A model generated the notes under the pieces. That model was not told the origin of the DNA and ran no database searches. It saw nothing but the letters and a program-made list of their open reading frames with translations. From Lysobacterales bacterium (GTDB lineage: Bacteria; Pseudomonadota; Gammaproteobacteria; Xanthomonadales; SZUA-5), in the NCBI GenBank assembly GCA_022844165.1, contig JALHMH010000054.1, positions 1 through 24,951 on the forward strand: DNA of 24,951 nt, written 5' to 3'. The position numbers were made by a program, and so were the translations under genes. Positions 16,391 through 24,834 of the stretch are shown piece after piece; within the stretch, counting starts at the first letter, position 1; each line of letters opens with the position of its first letter.

Positions 16391-17542
16391 TCATGGCGCC
16401 GTGTCTTCAGCAACGACAGCATCTGCACGCCGATAAATCTGAAGATTACTGTCGTTTCGCCGATGGCGATAGCCGATACCAAACGATAGTTCTTCGGCGC
16501 CGATGGTCTTGTAGTCGGCCGCCAGTTCCCGTTGGTGCCAGTTCGCGAATAACGCGATCGGCGATTGGTAACGCCCATAGAGCGTTGTGCTCCAATCGCC
16601 CGACGCGAACCAGCGATGCGGAACGCCCGAGTCATCCTGCATCACGAATCCGGTCTGCAGGATCGCGCCGCGGATCTTCGAAAAGTATGTTTTGTGCAGC
16701 AGATACGACGCGCTCTTGAGGTACGTACCGTCAGCGGCAAATTGTTGGACAAAATCCAGGTATTGCGGCGTGCGCGTCAGTCCGCCATCGCCCAAGTCGG
16801 CGGTGAAGTAGGTCATCCTGCGAAATTTAAGATCGCCCGGCTTGAAGTAGTCGATCGCGACGCCAGCAAGCGTTCCCTTTGGCGGCGCTGCCGCCTGCGC
16901 GGCATCAGCCGCACACAACGATCCGTCGGGTGGCAACCAGAGATAGTTAACATCAATCACCGCATAACCCGCTTCGGCAAGAAACACAAATAAAATCGGC
17001 GTCACACCGACAAAACGACTGCGTTTCAAATCGACGGTCAAGTCGTTGGTGCGAAAAAAACTGAAGCTCAGAATGGCATTCAGCGATTGCCGGATGTCCG
17101 CCAATCCAGCCTCGATCTCGTCAGCCGACAGCGAGGCGAGTTGCGGCACAAGGCCAACCGGTTCCAGGCCAGTCAGCAGCGATTGTTCGACCTCCGGAAA
17201 CAACGCGAGCAGATACAGCGCATCGGGCCCGCTGAAGGGATAGAACACTCGCGACGTCTTCGGCGAATCCGTTTCGCCGAACGCGCGCACCGCATCGAGT
17301 TGTCGCGCACGCAGCGCTGTCCAGCCATCGCCCAGGGTCGCCTGATGGCGTTTGAGTGAGCCTTCGCCCAGACGGTCTTTGAGATTGGAATCAAGCGGCG
17401 TTCGCAGCCCCGCCAGAACCCGTGCCGTATCGTTCAATTCGCCGCGATCCCACGGCGTCGACGGATCGGCGTCGGCGCATGGCGACAGCGCCATGGCGGG
17501 TGTCGCAAGCATCCATGACAGCAGGAGCACAACTCGAATCAC
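16391..17542 (-). CDS. Exported hypothetical protein (383 aa)
   Basis: GTG start overlaps the permease stop (GTGA). Signal peptide ...ATPAMA. Motif-like blocks FYPFSGPD, SFFRT, YLKSASYLLH, QDDSGVP and FGIGY. Confidence 0.75.
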   Translation of the reverse strand: MIRVVLLLSWMLATPAMALSPCADADPSTPWDRGELNDTARVLAGLRTPLDSNLKDRLGEGSLKRHQATLGDGWTALRARQLDAVRAFGETDSPKTSRVFYPFSGPDALYLLALFPEVEQSLLTGLEPVGLVPQLASLSADEIEAGLADIRQSLNAILSFSFFRTNDLTVDLKRSRFVGVTPILFVFLAEAGYAVIDVNYLWLPPDGSLCAADAAQAAAPPKGTLAGVAIDYFKPGDLKFRRMTYFTADLGDGGLTRTPQYLDFVQQFAADGTYLKSASYLLHKTYFSKIRGAILQTGFVMQDDSGVPHRWFASGDWSTTLYGRYQSPIALFANWHQRELAADYKTIGAEELSFGIGYRHRRNDSNLQIYRRADAVVAEDTAP

Positions 17543-18873
17543 AAAACGACCTTCGGCGCATGATGGCGAATCGGAACATACAACAGCGCAGCGAGAACAA
17601 TGGCACCGACCGAAACCAGGACAGCCAGGGTCTGGTTGATCGCCAGGTACACCATCATCCAGCCATTGATTAACAGGAACAACAACGCGCAGGGGATGCC
17701 AAATGGCACGCGGAAAGGCCGTACCCGATCGGGACGGCGGATTCGATCGGCGACAAAGCCAACCATCACACCCATGTTGAACAGCGACAACGAAACGCCG
17801 ATAAAGTTGACCACAAATTCGAAGCTGGCCGTGACCAGCAGCACAATAATCAACAACCACTGCACCAGGATGGCGGCACGCGGTGCTCCGCCCGAGTGAC
17901 GCGCGCCGAGCCGCGCAAACGGTCGCCAGTCGTCGGCCAAAGTTGCCAGGACACGCGGACCGGCCAACACCATCGCGCTGACCGTCGAGACCAACGTCAG
18001 AGCAATCGCAGCGCCAACGATCATCGCACCGCTCTCACCGAATAATGCCCGACCAGCGAGAAAACCGACGGCCAGTTCATTTTCGACGGTCAGTGCGGCA
18101 GGATCGACTCTGACCAGCTCCGAGAACGGCACCAGCCGCAAGAACGCCCAGTTGACAGCGATGTACAGCATCGTCACAGCCAGCGTGCTGAGGACCAATG
18201 CCCGCGGCAGGTTGCGTTGTGGATCGCGTACTTCGGCAGCAACATACAGCGCCGCATTCCAGCCGAAGTAGGCATATGCCACATAGACCATCGAGACGGC
18301 ATATTCAGGACTGCTCATTAACCCCAGCGTATCGCCACGCGTAGCCGCGTGCTCGGGCGCCCACAACAGCGCAGCCCCAACGATGGCGAACATCACCACC
18401 AGCTTAAAGACCGTGGTGATGATCTGAAATTGCGCGCCGATCTCGACTCGAAGCATATGCAGAGCGCTGATCAACGTGACCAGGATCAGCGCAATGGAAA
18501 CCGGCCATGCCTCTGCAATCGGCCAGAGTTTGCCAAGGTAAGCCGAAAACGCCAAAGCTGCAGCGGCAATCGGGCCGGCAAATCCGGCAACCATCGAAAT
18601 CCACCCGGCCGCAAAACCCGCCGCGGGATGGATCAAATCCGTCAACAGGGAATACTCCCCACCCGAACGTGGACGTGCGGCGCCCAGTTCCGCGCAACAC
18701 AGCGCACCCGTCAACGCCGCCAGGCCACCAATGAGCCACAACCATAGAATTGCCGCTTCATCCGGCAAGGCGTGAACCTGATAGCTCAACGTCGAAAACA
18801 CGCCCGTGCCGACCATATTGGCAACGACAATAGCGGCGGCGCTAGCCAGGCCAAGACGGGCAGGATTCTTCAT
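17539..18873 (-). CDS. APC-family amino acid permease
   Basis: VVANMVGTGVF, AELGAARPRSGGEY, AYFGWN..YVAAEVRDPQRNLPRA and many TM segments. ATG at 18873. Confidence 0.92.
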   Translation of the reverse strand: MKNPARLGLASAAAIVVANMVGTGVFSTLSYQVHALPDEAAILWLWLIGGLAALTGALCCAELGAARPRSGGEYSLLTDLIHPAAGFAAGWISMVAGFAGPIAAAALAFSAYLGKLWPIAEAWPVSIALILVTLISALHMLRVEIGAQFQIITTVFKLVVMFAIVGAALLWAPEHAATRGDTLGLMSSPEYAVSMVYVAYAYFGWNAALYVAAEVRDPQRNLPRALVLSTLAVTMLYIAVNWAFLRLVPFSELVRVDPAALTVENELAVGFLAGRALFGESGAMIVGAAIALTLVSTVSAMVLAGPRVLATLADDWRPFARLGARHSGGAPRAAILVQWLLIIVLLVTASFEFVVNFIGVSLSLFNMGVMVGFVADRIRRPDRVRPFRVPFGIPCALLFLLINGWMMVYLAINQTLAVLVSVGAIVLAALLYVPIRHHAPKVVL

Positions 18874-18893
18874 CGGCGAAGTATGCCCAAACC

Positions 18894-18949
18894 GCGCGGG
18901 GCGCGGGGCGCGGGGCGCGGGGCACGGGGCACGGGGCACGGGGCACGGG
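18894..18949 (+). repeat. Heptamer tandem repeat (GCGCGGG)4(GCACGGG)4
   Basis: Eight contiguous 7-bp units read directly from the sequence. Confidence 0.95.
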
Positions 18950-19103
18950 CTCAGAGCGGCAAACATCGTTGCAATGCATTGACACCGCGCCCATTGAACT
19001 CAGGTTAAAGTTCGTCGGACGGCCAACGCCTTTTCGGCCTGTCTTCTGCTTATCTTGCGAATCTCTTCGTTTCGCGTCCTTCACACTGAGCCTGAGTCCT
19101 CCC

Positions 19104-21833
19104 ATGTCGCGTCTTGCAGCCAAAGTCTCGCTTGTCCTCATTGGTGGTTTTTTCGGTATCGGTATCGGCGTGCCAATCGAAGCAGCCGAATCCTTCTGGC
19201 GCGACGTGGATTCTGGTGAGATTTCAGCGCGTGGCGCACCCTGGGTGGCTCCGCCTGGCGCGCGTACGGTTGAGCTGGATATCGCGGCGATGCGCACACT
19301 GTTGATGCAGGCACCCAACGAGGCGCAGATCGCACCGAGAGATAGCACGCTGGTGGTTTCGCTGCCCAAGCCCGATGGGGGCTTTGCGCGCTTCTCGATC
19401 GTTGAATCCCCCGTCATGGAGGCCGGTCTTGCCGCGAAGTTTCCAGACATTCGAACCTACGTGGGCCAGGGACTCGACGACACAACAGCAAGCTTGCGCC
19501 TTGGCGTCACGCCGAAAGCCTTCAATGCCCAGATACTCTCGGCGCGAGGCGAGGTCTTCGTCGATCCCTGGCAGACGAACGACGATCGCCACTACTCGGT
19601 CTACACCCGCGCAGACTTTGGCGAAGCGCGCAAACGCTATCGCTGCGAGACGCTCGACGCGGATGTGGAGATTCTCCCCAAACGTCAAGATTTTCGAATG
19701 TCCTCGGCCGCCAAGAACCCTGCCGGCACATCACTGCGCACCTATCGAACGGCAATTGCCGCAACCTCGTCCTATACCAATGCTTTCGGCGGCACGGTCG
19801 CCGATGGCATCGCCGGCTTGACGACGATGATCAATCGCCTGAACGGGGTCTATGAGCGCGAGTTTGCATTGCGACTGGTCCTGGTTGCCAACAATGATCT
19901 GATTGTCTACACCGACAGCAATGTGGGGCCTCTGGGTACTTCACCGACCAGCCCAAGCCCGACGATCCAGACCACCATCGACAACGCCATCGGTTTTGCC
20001 AACTACGATCTTGGCCACGCCGTGGGTGGTGGTGGTGGCGGCGGCGCAATTACGCCGCTTGGCAATGTGTGCGGCACCTCGAAGGCGCGCGGTTTCACCG
20101 CGCTGAATCCGCCGCGCGGCGATATCTTCGACATCGATTTTGTCGCGCACGAGCTCGGCCATCAACTCGGTGGCAGCCACACCTGGAACGGCTGCGGAGG
20201 CGGGGGCCAGTGGACCGCAACCTCGGCGCAGGAGCCAGGCAGCGGCACCACGATCATGGCTTATGCCGGCATCTGCCCCGACAATCTGCAGCCCAACAGC
20301 GATGCCTACTTCCACGCGCGCAGTTTCACGCAGATCTGGCAGATCATGAACAATGGTGGCCCTGGTAACGGCAACACCGTATGCGGTGCGACAGCCGCCA
20401 CAGGCAACGATCCGCCCGACATCGTGCCGCCGGCGAACATGACGATCCCCGAACGCACGCCGTTCCAACTGACCGCCAGCGGCAGTGATCCGAACGTGGG
20501 CGATACCATCACCTACAATTGGGAGCAGGTGGATGTTGGCGCCCAGGGTTCACCAAGCACGACCGGCGACAACGGCACCGCGCCCTTGTTTCGCTCCTTT
20601 AACGCCAGTACGTCGCCGACACGCGTGTTCCCGTCGCTGCGGTACATTCTCGACAACGCCAACCAGCCGCCAGCAACGATCAGCTTGCCACCGGCGGGCG
20701 GCAGCTATCGGCCTGGCGAAATCTTGCCCGATCCCGCCAGCGGTTCCCGGGTCATGAACTTTCGCGTCACAGCCCGCGACAACCGCGCTGGCGGTGGCGG
20801 CCTGCGGCATTCGCCGAACGTGCAAGTCACGGCCGTCGCCAATGTCGGGCCGTTCCTGGTCGGCAATGTCACCAGCGCCCAAACCGGCGGTGGAACACTG
20901 GCGGTGACCTGGTCTGTGGCCGGAACCGATCAAGCGCCGGTCAGCACCTCTCAGGTCAACATTTTGCTTTCGCTCGATGGCGGCTTCAACTTCCAGACGC
21001 TGGTGGCAGGTACCGCCAACGATGGCGCCGAGACGATCACGCTGCCGAATGTCGCTTCGTCACGCGCGCGCCTTAAGGTCGAGGCAGCCAATGGCACAGG
21101 CGTCAGCGCCGGCAACACCTACTTCGATATCACCGACAGCAACTTCCAGATCAGCAGCGCCGGTACGCCGATCAGCGTCGCTGTGTCCACCGCAACGGCC
21201 GACATCATTGCCACAGCGCAAGGCTCGCCAGCACCGGCACCACGCAACATCGCCACCATCAGCGGTGGCGTGCCGCCATACACCGTCACCGCGACATCGT
21301 TCCCACCGGAACCGGAAATCCAAATACAGAGCTTGCAGGTCACTGGCACCACAGTCGCCGCGACCGCCGTTGCAAGTTGCCTGATCGCCGCGCCCAATCC
21401 GCCCAGCTTCCGTGCCTATCCCGTTGTGCTGCGCGTCATCGACAGCGCCGGCAGCCAAGGCTCTGCTGTGTTCGACGTCAGAGTCACGAACAACACGATC
21501 CCGACGCTCGGAACGTACGCCGATCAATCCTTCGCGCCCGGTGGCACAGCCACCGTCACCCCGTCCGCAGCGGCGGCCGACGCCAATGGCAATCTGGTTG
21601 GCCAGAGTGTCAGGCCCAACAACCTCCCCGGCGGCGGCACCATCAGCATCGCCAGCAACAGCGTGGTGTCGATCACCACCAACGCCAACACCCTACCAGG
21701 GCGCTACACCGTGACCGCTTCAGCCATTGATAGCTGCGGCGCGCAAACATCCAAGGCTTTCACGCTGTGCGTAGTTGGATCGGTTGCTTGTGGCGATGTT
21801 CCCAACCTGCTGTTCGCGAACGGCTTCGAATGA
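19104..21833 (+). CDS. Secreted reprolysin-like (M12B) zinc metalloprotease with C-terminal Ig-like domains
   Basis: Signal peptide, prodomain (LPKPDG..F...ESPVM), HELGHQLGGSH zinc motif, Met-turn GTTIMAYAG, beta-rich repeats, and terminal NLLFANGFE. Confidence 0.88.
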   Translation: MSRLAAKVSLVLIGGFFGIGIGVPIEAAESFWRDVDSGEISARGAPWVAPPGARTVELDIAAMRTLLMQAPNEAQIAPRDSTLVVSLPKPDGGFARFSIVESPVMEAGLAAKFPDIRTYVGQGLDDTTASLRLGVTPKAFNAQILSARGEVFVDPWQTNDDRHYSVYTRADFGEARKRYRCETLDADVEILPKRQDFRMSSAAKNPAGTSLRTYRTAIAATSSYTNAFGGTVADGIAGLTTMINRLNGVYEREFALRLVLVANNDLIVYTDSNVGPLGTSPTSPSPTIQTTIDNAIGFANYDLGHAVGGGGGGGAITPLGNVCGTSKARGFTALNPPRGDIFDIDFVAHELGHQLGGSHTWNGCGGGGQWTATSAQEPGSGTTIMAYAGICPDNLQPNSDAYFHARSFTQIWQIMNNGGPGNGNTVCGATAATGNDPPDIVPPANMTIPERTPFQLTASGSDPNVGDTITYNWEQVDVGAQGSPSTTGDNGTAPLFRSFNASTSPTRVFPSLRYILDNANQPPATISLPPAGGSYRPGEILPDPASGSRVMNFRVTARDNRAGGGGLRHSPNVQVTAVANVGPFLVGNVTSAQTGGGTLAVTWSVAGTDQAPVSTSQVNILLSLDGGFNFQTLVAGTANDGAETITLPNVASSRARLKVEAANGTGVSAGNTYFDITDSNFQISSAGTPISVAVSTATADIIATAQGSPAPAPRNIATISGGVPPYTVTATSFPPEPEIQIQSLQVTGTTVAATAVASCLIAAPNPPSFRAYPVVLRVIDSAGSQGSAVFDVRVTNNTIPTLGTYADQSFAPGGTATVTPSAAAADANGNLVGQSVRPNNLPGGGTISIASNSVVSITTNANTLPGRYTVTASAIDSCGAQTSKAFTLCVVGSVACGDVPNLLFANGFE

Positions 21834-22087
21834 CCCGTGGCCGTTTCGTTGCCCGCCGCATCCATCGGCGCTTCCTGGTTCTGACTCGCGCGCGCTTCGC
21901 TTGAAGCGCGCGGCGAGAAAGAGGCGCAGCAGTGAAAACGGTCGCCCTGGTTTCAATCCAACTGGGACATCACGTACCTGCTTGGCACAGAGTGCGCGAA
22001 CCGTGCAGTTTGCGCTCACCGAAGCCTTTGAGGGTCTCGGCCTGAGACCGCGCCACGATTTGCCGACGGATGGGTCCGCTGCGCAGG

Positions 22088-22166
22088 AAGAGATCCGAGA
22101 CAGCCACTCTTCGCCGCCATGAAGAGATCCGAGATGAAGAGATCCGAGACAGCCACTCTTCGCCGC
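22088..22166 (+). repeat. Fixed-start repeat array 1 upstream of RAYT-like gene
   Basis: Units begin AAGAGATCCGAGA at 22088 (34 bp), 22122 (15 bp) and 22137 (continues into the leader). Confidence 0.9.
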
Positions 22167-22228
22167 CATGGGCATTGGAATCCCGTAGCCACTTGGCGAT
22201 GCGGCGAAATGACCCCGTTCACATTCGC

Positions 22229-22246
22229 TGTCAGAAAATTCTGACA
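22229..22246. promoter_or_regulatory. Palindromic putative operator TGTCAGAA-AA-TTCTGACA
   Basis: Perfect 8-bp inverted repeat ~57 bp before the transposase start, repeated at 24640-24657. Confidence 0.5.
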
Positions 22247-22302
22247 CCACTTTCAGCGTACGCCCTACAGACAAGCTCAGCGGTCGTCGCAATGATCGCC
22301 GC

Positions 22303-23289
22303 CTGACTCAAGCCCGCCACCTCACTGTTGCCGAAGGCCAGCAAGGCCTCTATCACTGCGTCGCACGATGCGTGCGGCGCGCGTGGCTGTGCGGCGTGGA
22401 CCCGATCACCAAGGTCGACTACGAGCACCGCAAGCCAATGATCGCCTCGCGCATTGTTCAACTGGCGAGCATTTTTGCGGTCGATGTCTACAGCTACGCG
22501 GTGATGAGCAACCACCTGCACGTGGTGCTGTCGATTGAACCGACCGCCGCGCGCAATTGGTCTGATGAGGAAGTTGCCTGGCGCTGGGTGCAATTGTTCC
22601 CGGCGCGCGAGGCGGAGCAGAACACGGCGAAAATCAGAGCGCTGTGTGCAGACAAAGTCGCACTTAAGGTTCGCCGCGAGCGGCTCACGGATCTGTCCTG
22701 GTTCATGCGCTGTCTTGATGAGCACATCGCGCGCAAGGCGAACGCAGAAGATGACGTGACGGGGCGCTTCTGGGAAGGCCGATTCAAATCTCAGTTGCTT
22801 GACGACGAAGCCGCGCTCGCCGCGGCGATGGCGTACGTCGACCTCAATCCGGTTCGAGCCGGGATCGCCGACAGCATCGAGAGCAGCGATCACACCAGTG
22901 TGCAGGTGCGCGCCGGGGAACTGCGCAAAGATCCCAGCAAAGCGGACGAGCCGATCCAACCCATTGCCGGCGTTCGGCTTGGATTAGATATGTTGAAAGA
23001 CCAAGCCTTTGCCAGATTGGCGATGAGCAATCGCCAGTACATTGAGCTGGTCGACTACACCGGCCGCCAACTCAAGCCCGGCAAACGCGGCAAGATTGAT
23101 GAGCGCGAGCCGACGGCGTTAAGCAAACTCGGACTCGATGCCAACTACTGGACCGCGCACGTCAAAGGCGTCGGCTCAGGTTACTGGCGCTTCGTTGCCA
23201 GCGTTGAAGCACTCGAGGCCAAAGCCGCAGAGTGGAAACGGAAGTGGCTCAAAGGTATCGGCTATGCCCGGAGCCTTGTGACCGGCTGA
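22303..23289 (+). CDS. HUH/Y1 (IS200-superfamily, RAYT-like) transposase, CTG in place of ATG start
   Basis: YHCVARCVRRAWLCG, HUH motif VMSNHLHVVL, GRFWEGRFKS and catalytic Tyr in AYVDLNPVRA. The codon at 22303 is CTG where the second copy has ATG (24714). Confidence 0.88.
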   Translation: MTQARHLTVAEGQQGLYHCVARCVRRAWLCGVDPITKVDYEHRKPMIASRIVQLASIFAVDVYSYAVMSNHLHVVLSIEPTAARNWSDEEVAWRWVQLFPAREAEQNTAKIRALCADKVALKVRRERLTDLSWFMRCLDEHIARKANAEDDVTGRFWEGRFKSQLLDDEAALAAAMAYVDLNPVRAGIADSIESSDHTSVQVRAGELRKDPSKADEPIQPIAGVRLGLDMLKDQAFARLAMSNRQYIELVDYTGRQLKPGKRGKIDEREPTALSKLGLDANYWTAHVKGVGSGYWRFVASVEALEAKAAEWKRKWLKGIGYARSLVTG

Positions 23290-23926
23290 GATACTCACAT
23301 GGGACTTTTGGCGCCGCTGGCGTCTGGCGGCGTTGGTCGCGCGTCGAAAATCATCCCGGTTCAAATCTTTAGTCCAGACGTCTAAACGTTTGCACGTCTA
23401 ATAGGTTCGCATGAAGAGACAGAAACTGGATGTCCGCGTTTTCGGAGGAGCGGAACCCAGCCATCGAAAGCCTCTCTCCGCGATGAAGCGAAACGGTCAC
23501 CGTCTTTGGCAAGAGCCCGTCTGGGACGCGCGTCACGAACGCGCGTGGCTGTTAGGGCCAGCCAGAGTCGAATGTCATCCCGGCGCGGTGCGCAACACAA
23601 GGCACCACCAAGACGCCGTATACGTGTCCGAGAACCGTACCGCCGATGTGCGCGAAAGTCGATCGAAACGCTGGAACGAAGCAGAACTCGCAACAGGAAT
23701 TCAACATATCGCGGCATCCCGAACTCGATTTTCGAGACGGGACGACTTTGACTCAAACAACCAACTTTCAAGCAAGAGCTAACAGCAGATCAGGTGTTGA
23801 CAGGAGGCGTCCATACGTGCCCTATCCTGGCGTCGCAAGCCGGAGGCTGAGATGGCGCGAGGGTGGTGACGCTTGCCTTGGAAATTCAGTTTGCTGTTAA
23901 ATACCGCCAGTCCGTTGGAGCGGCAC

Positions 23927-24418
23927 ATGGTTGGAAAACTGGCTACGGTGATCGGCGCGATGGCACTAGCCGGATGCGCAACAATGAGCGACCGGCCGTC
24001 GCTCGAGCGCATCGATGCATGGTTTGCGAGGCCCAAATATGTTGTCGAGTTCGAAAGTACCAAGAGCCCATCAGAGTTAATTGATGGCTTAAAGGCGTCC
24101 GGATGCCTAAGCTGGTCAATTACTTCATCAGGCACGGCTGTGGTAGGCCCAAACGCATACGCTCCGGTGTCGGTCAACGCAACATTTACCGCTGCATTTG
24201 GAGCAGAGCCTGATGGATCGGTGTGGGCGTCGCTGGATTACGACGCATCAATGGTGCACGACACAGCTCTGGGTGTGAAGGCGTTTCCTATCGAATCGGG
24301 GTCTCGGGTGCTGGTAACCCCCGTAAAGCTCGGAATGAATGATCAGATCAAGTCGCACTTGGAGGCCGGAACCCTGCTCTGCAACTGGGAAACCTTTGCT
24401 GATCGTTGGCGGCTGTGA
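23927..24418 (+). CDS. Hypothetical lipoprotein (163 aa)
   Basis: GGAG RBS, then MVGKLATVIGAMALAG-C lipobox. No recognisable domain. Confidence 0.75.
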   Translation: MVGKLATVIGAMALAGCATMSDRPSLERIDAWFARPKYVVEFESTKSPSELIDGLKASGCLSWSITSSGTAVVGPNAYAPVSVNATFTAAFGAEPDGSVWASLDYDASMVHDTALGVKAFPIESGSRVLVTPVKLGMNDQIKSHLEAGTLLCNWETFADRWRL

Positions 24419-24434
24419 TTGCGGTTTCTGGTGA

Positions 24435-24577
24435 AAGAGATCCGAGACAGCCACTCTTCGCCGCAAGAGATCCGAGACAGCCACTCTTCGCCGCAAGAGA
24501 TCCGAGACAGCCACTCTTCGCCGCCATGGGCATTGGAATCCCGTCGCAAGAGATCCGAGACAGCCACTCTTCGCCGC
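24435..24577 (+). repeat. Fixed-start repeat array 2 upstream of second RAYT-like gene
   Basis: 30-bp unit AAGAGATCCGAGACAGCCACTCTTCGCCGC at 24435, 24465, 24495 (extended to 53 bp) and 24548. Confidence 0.93.
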
Positions 24578-24713
24578 CATGGGCATTGGAATCCCGTAGC
24601 CACTTGGCGAAGCGGCGAAATGACCCCGTTCACATTCGCTGTCAGAAAATTCTGACACCACTTTCAGCGTACGCCCTACAGACAAGCTCAGCGGTCGTCG
24701 CAATGATCGCCGC

Positions 24714-24834
24714 ATGACTCAAGCCCGCCACCTCACTGTTGCCGAAGGCCAGCAAGGCCTCTATCACTGCGTCGCACGATGCGTGCGGCGCGCGTGGCTG
24801 TGCGGCGTGGACCCGATCACCAAGGTCGACTACG
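24714..24834 (+). pseudogene. 5' fragment of second RAYT-like transposase, interrupted
   Basis: MTQARHLTVAEGQQGLYHCVARCVRRAWLCGVDPITKVDY. 24548-24834 differs from 22137-22423 at only two positions that I can see, and identity stops abruptly at 24834. Confidence 0.88.

Noticed and set aside
18874-18966. PCPVPRAP-rich N-terminal extension of the permease
   Set aside because: It is a translation of the heptamer repeat. The APC domain starts at ATG 18873.
21495-21525. IPTL motif (TIPTLGTY) in the protease as an exosortase H substrate signal
   Set aside because: It is about 110 aa from the C-terminus, lacks the WG, TM helix and basic tail, and reads as the start of an Ig-like domain.
21889-21912. 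CGCGCGCTTC-gctt-GAAGCGCGCG hairpin as the protease terminator
   Set aside because: Good stem, but no U-tract on the plus strand, so it is not callable as an intrinsic terminator.
23750-23770. ACTCAAACAACCAACTTTC as a degenerate copy of the array unit
   Set aside because: Similarity to TCCGAGACAGCCACTCTT is too weak to distinguish from chance by eye.
23797-23828. Sigma70 promoter TTGACA...TATCCT for the lipoprotein (and TTGACA at 18979 for the protease)
   Set aside because: Spacing to the best -10 candidates is 20-21 bp, outside the 16-18 bp norm.
23382-23900. Several 80-130 aa ORFs between the transposase and the lipoprotein
   Set aside because: They are overlapping, Arg-rich and motif-free, with no clear RBS. 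None could be supported as a gene or a transposase remnant.
24435-24577. 30-bp repeats as a CRISPR array
   Set aside because: Units are directly adjacent with no unique spacers. The only intervening sequence is a copy of the downstream leader, and no cas genes are present.
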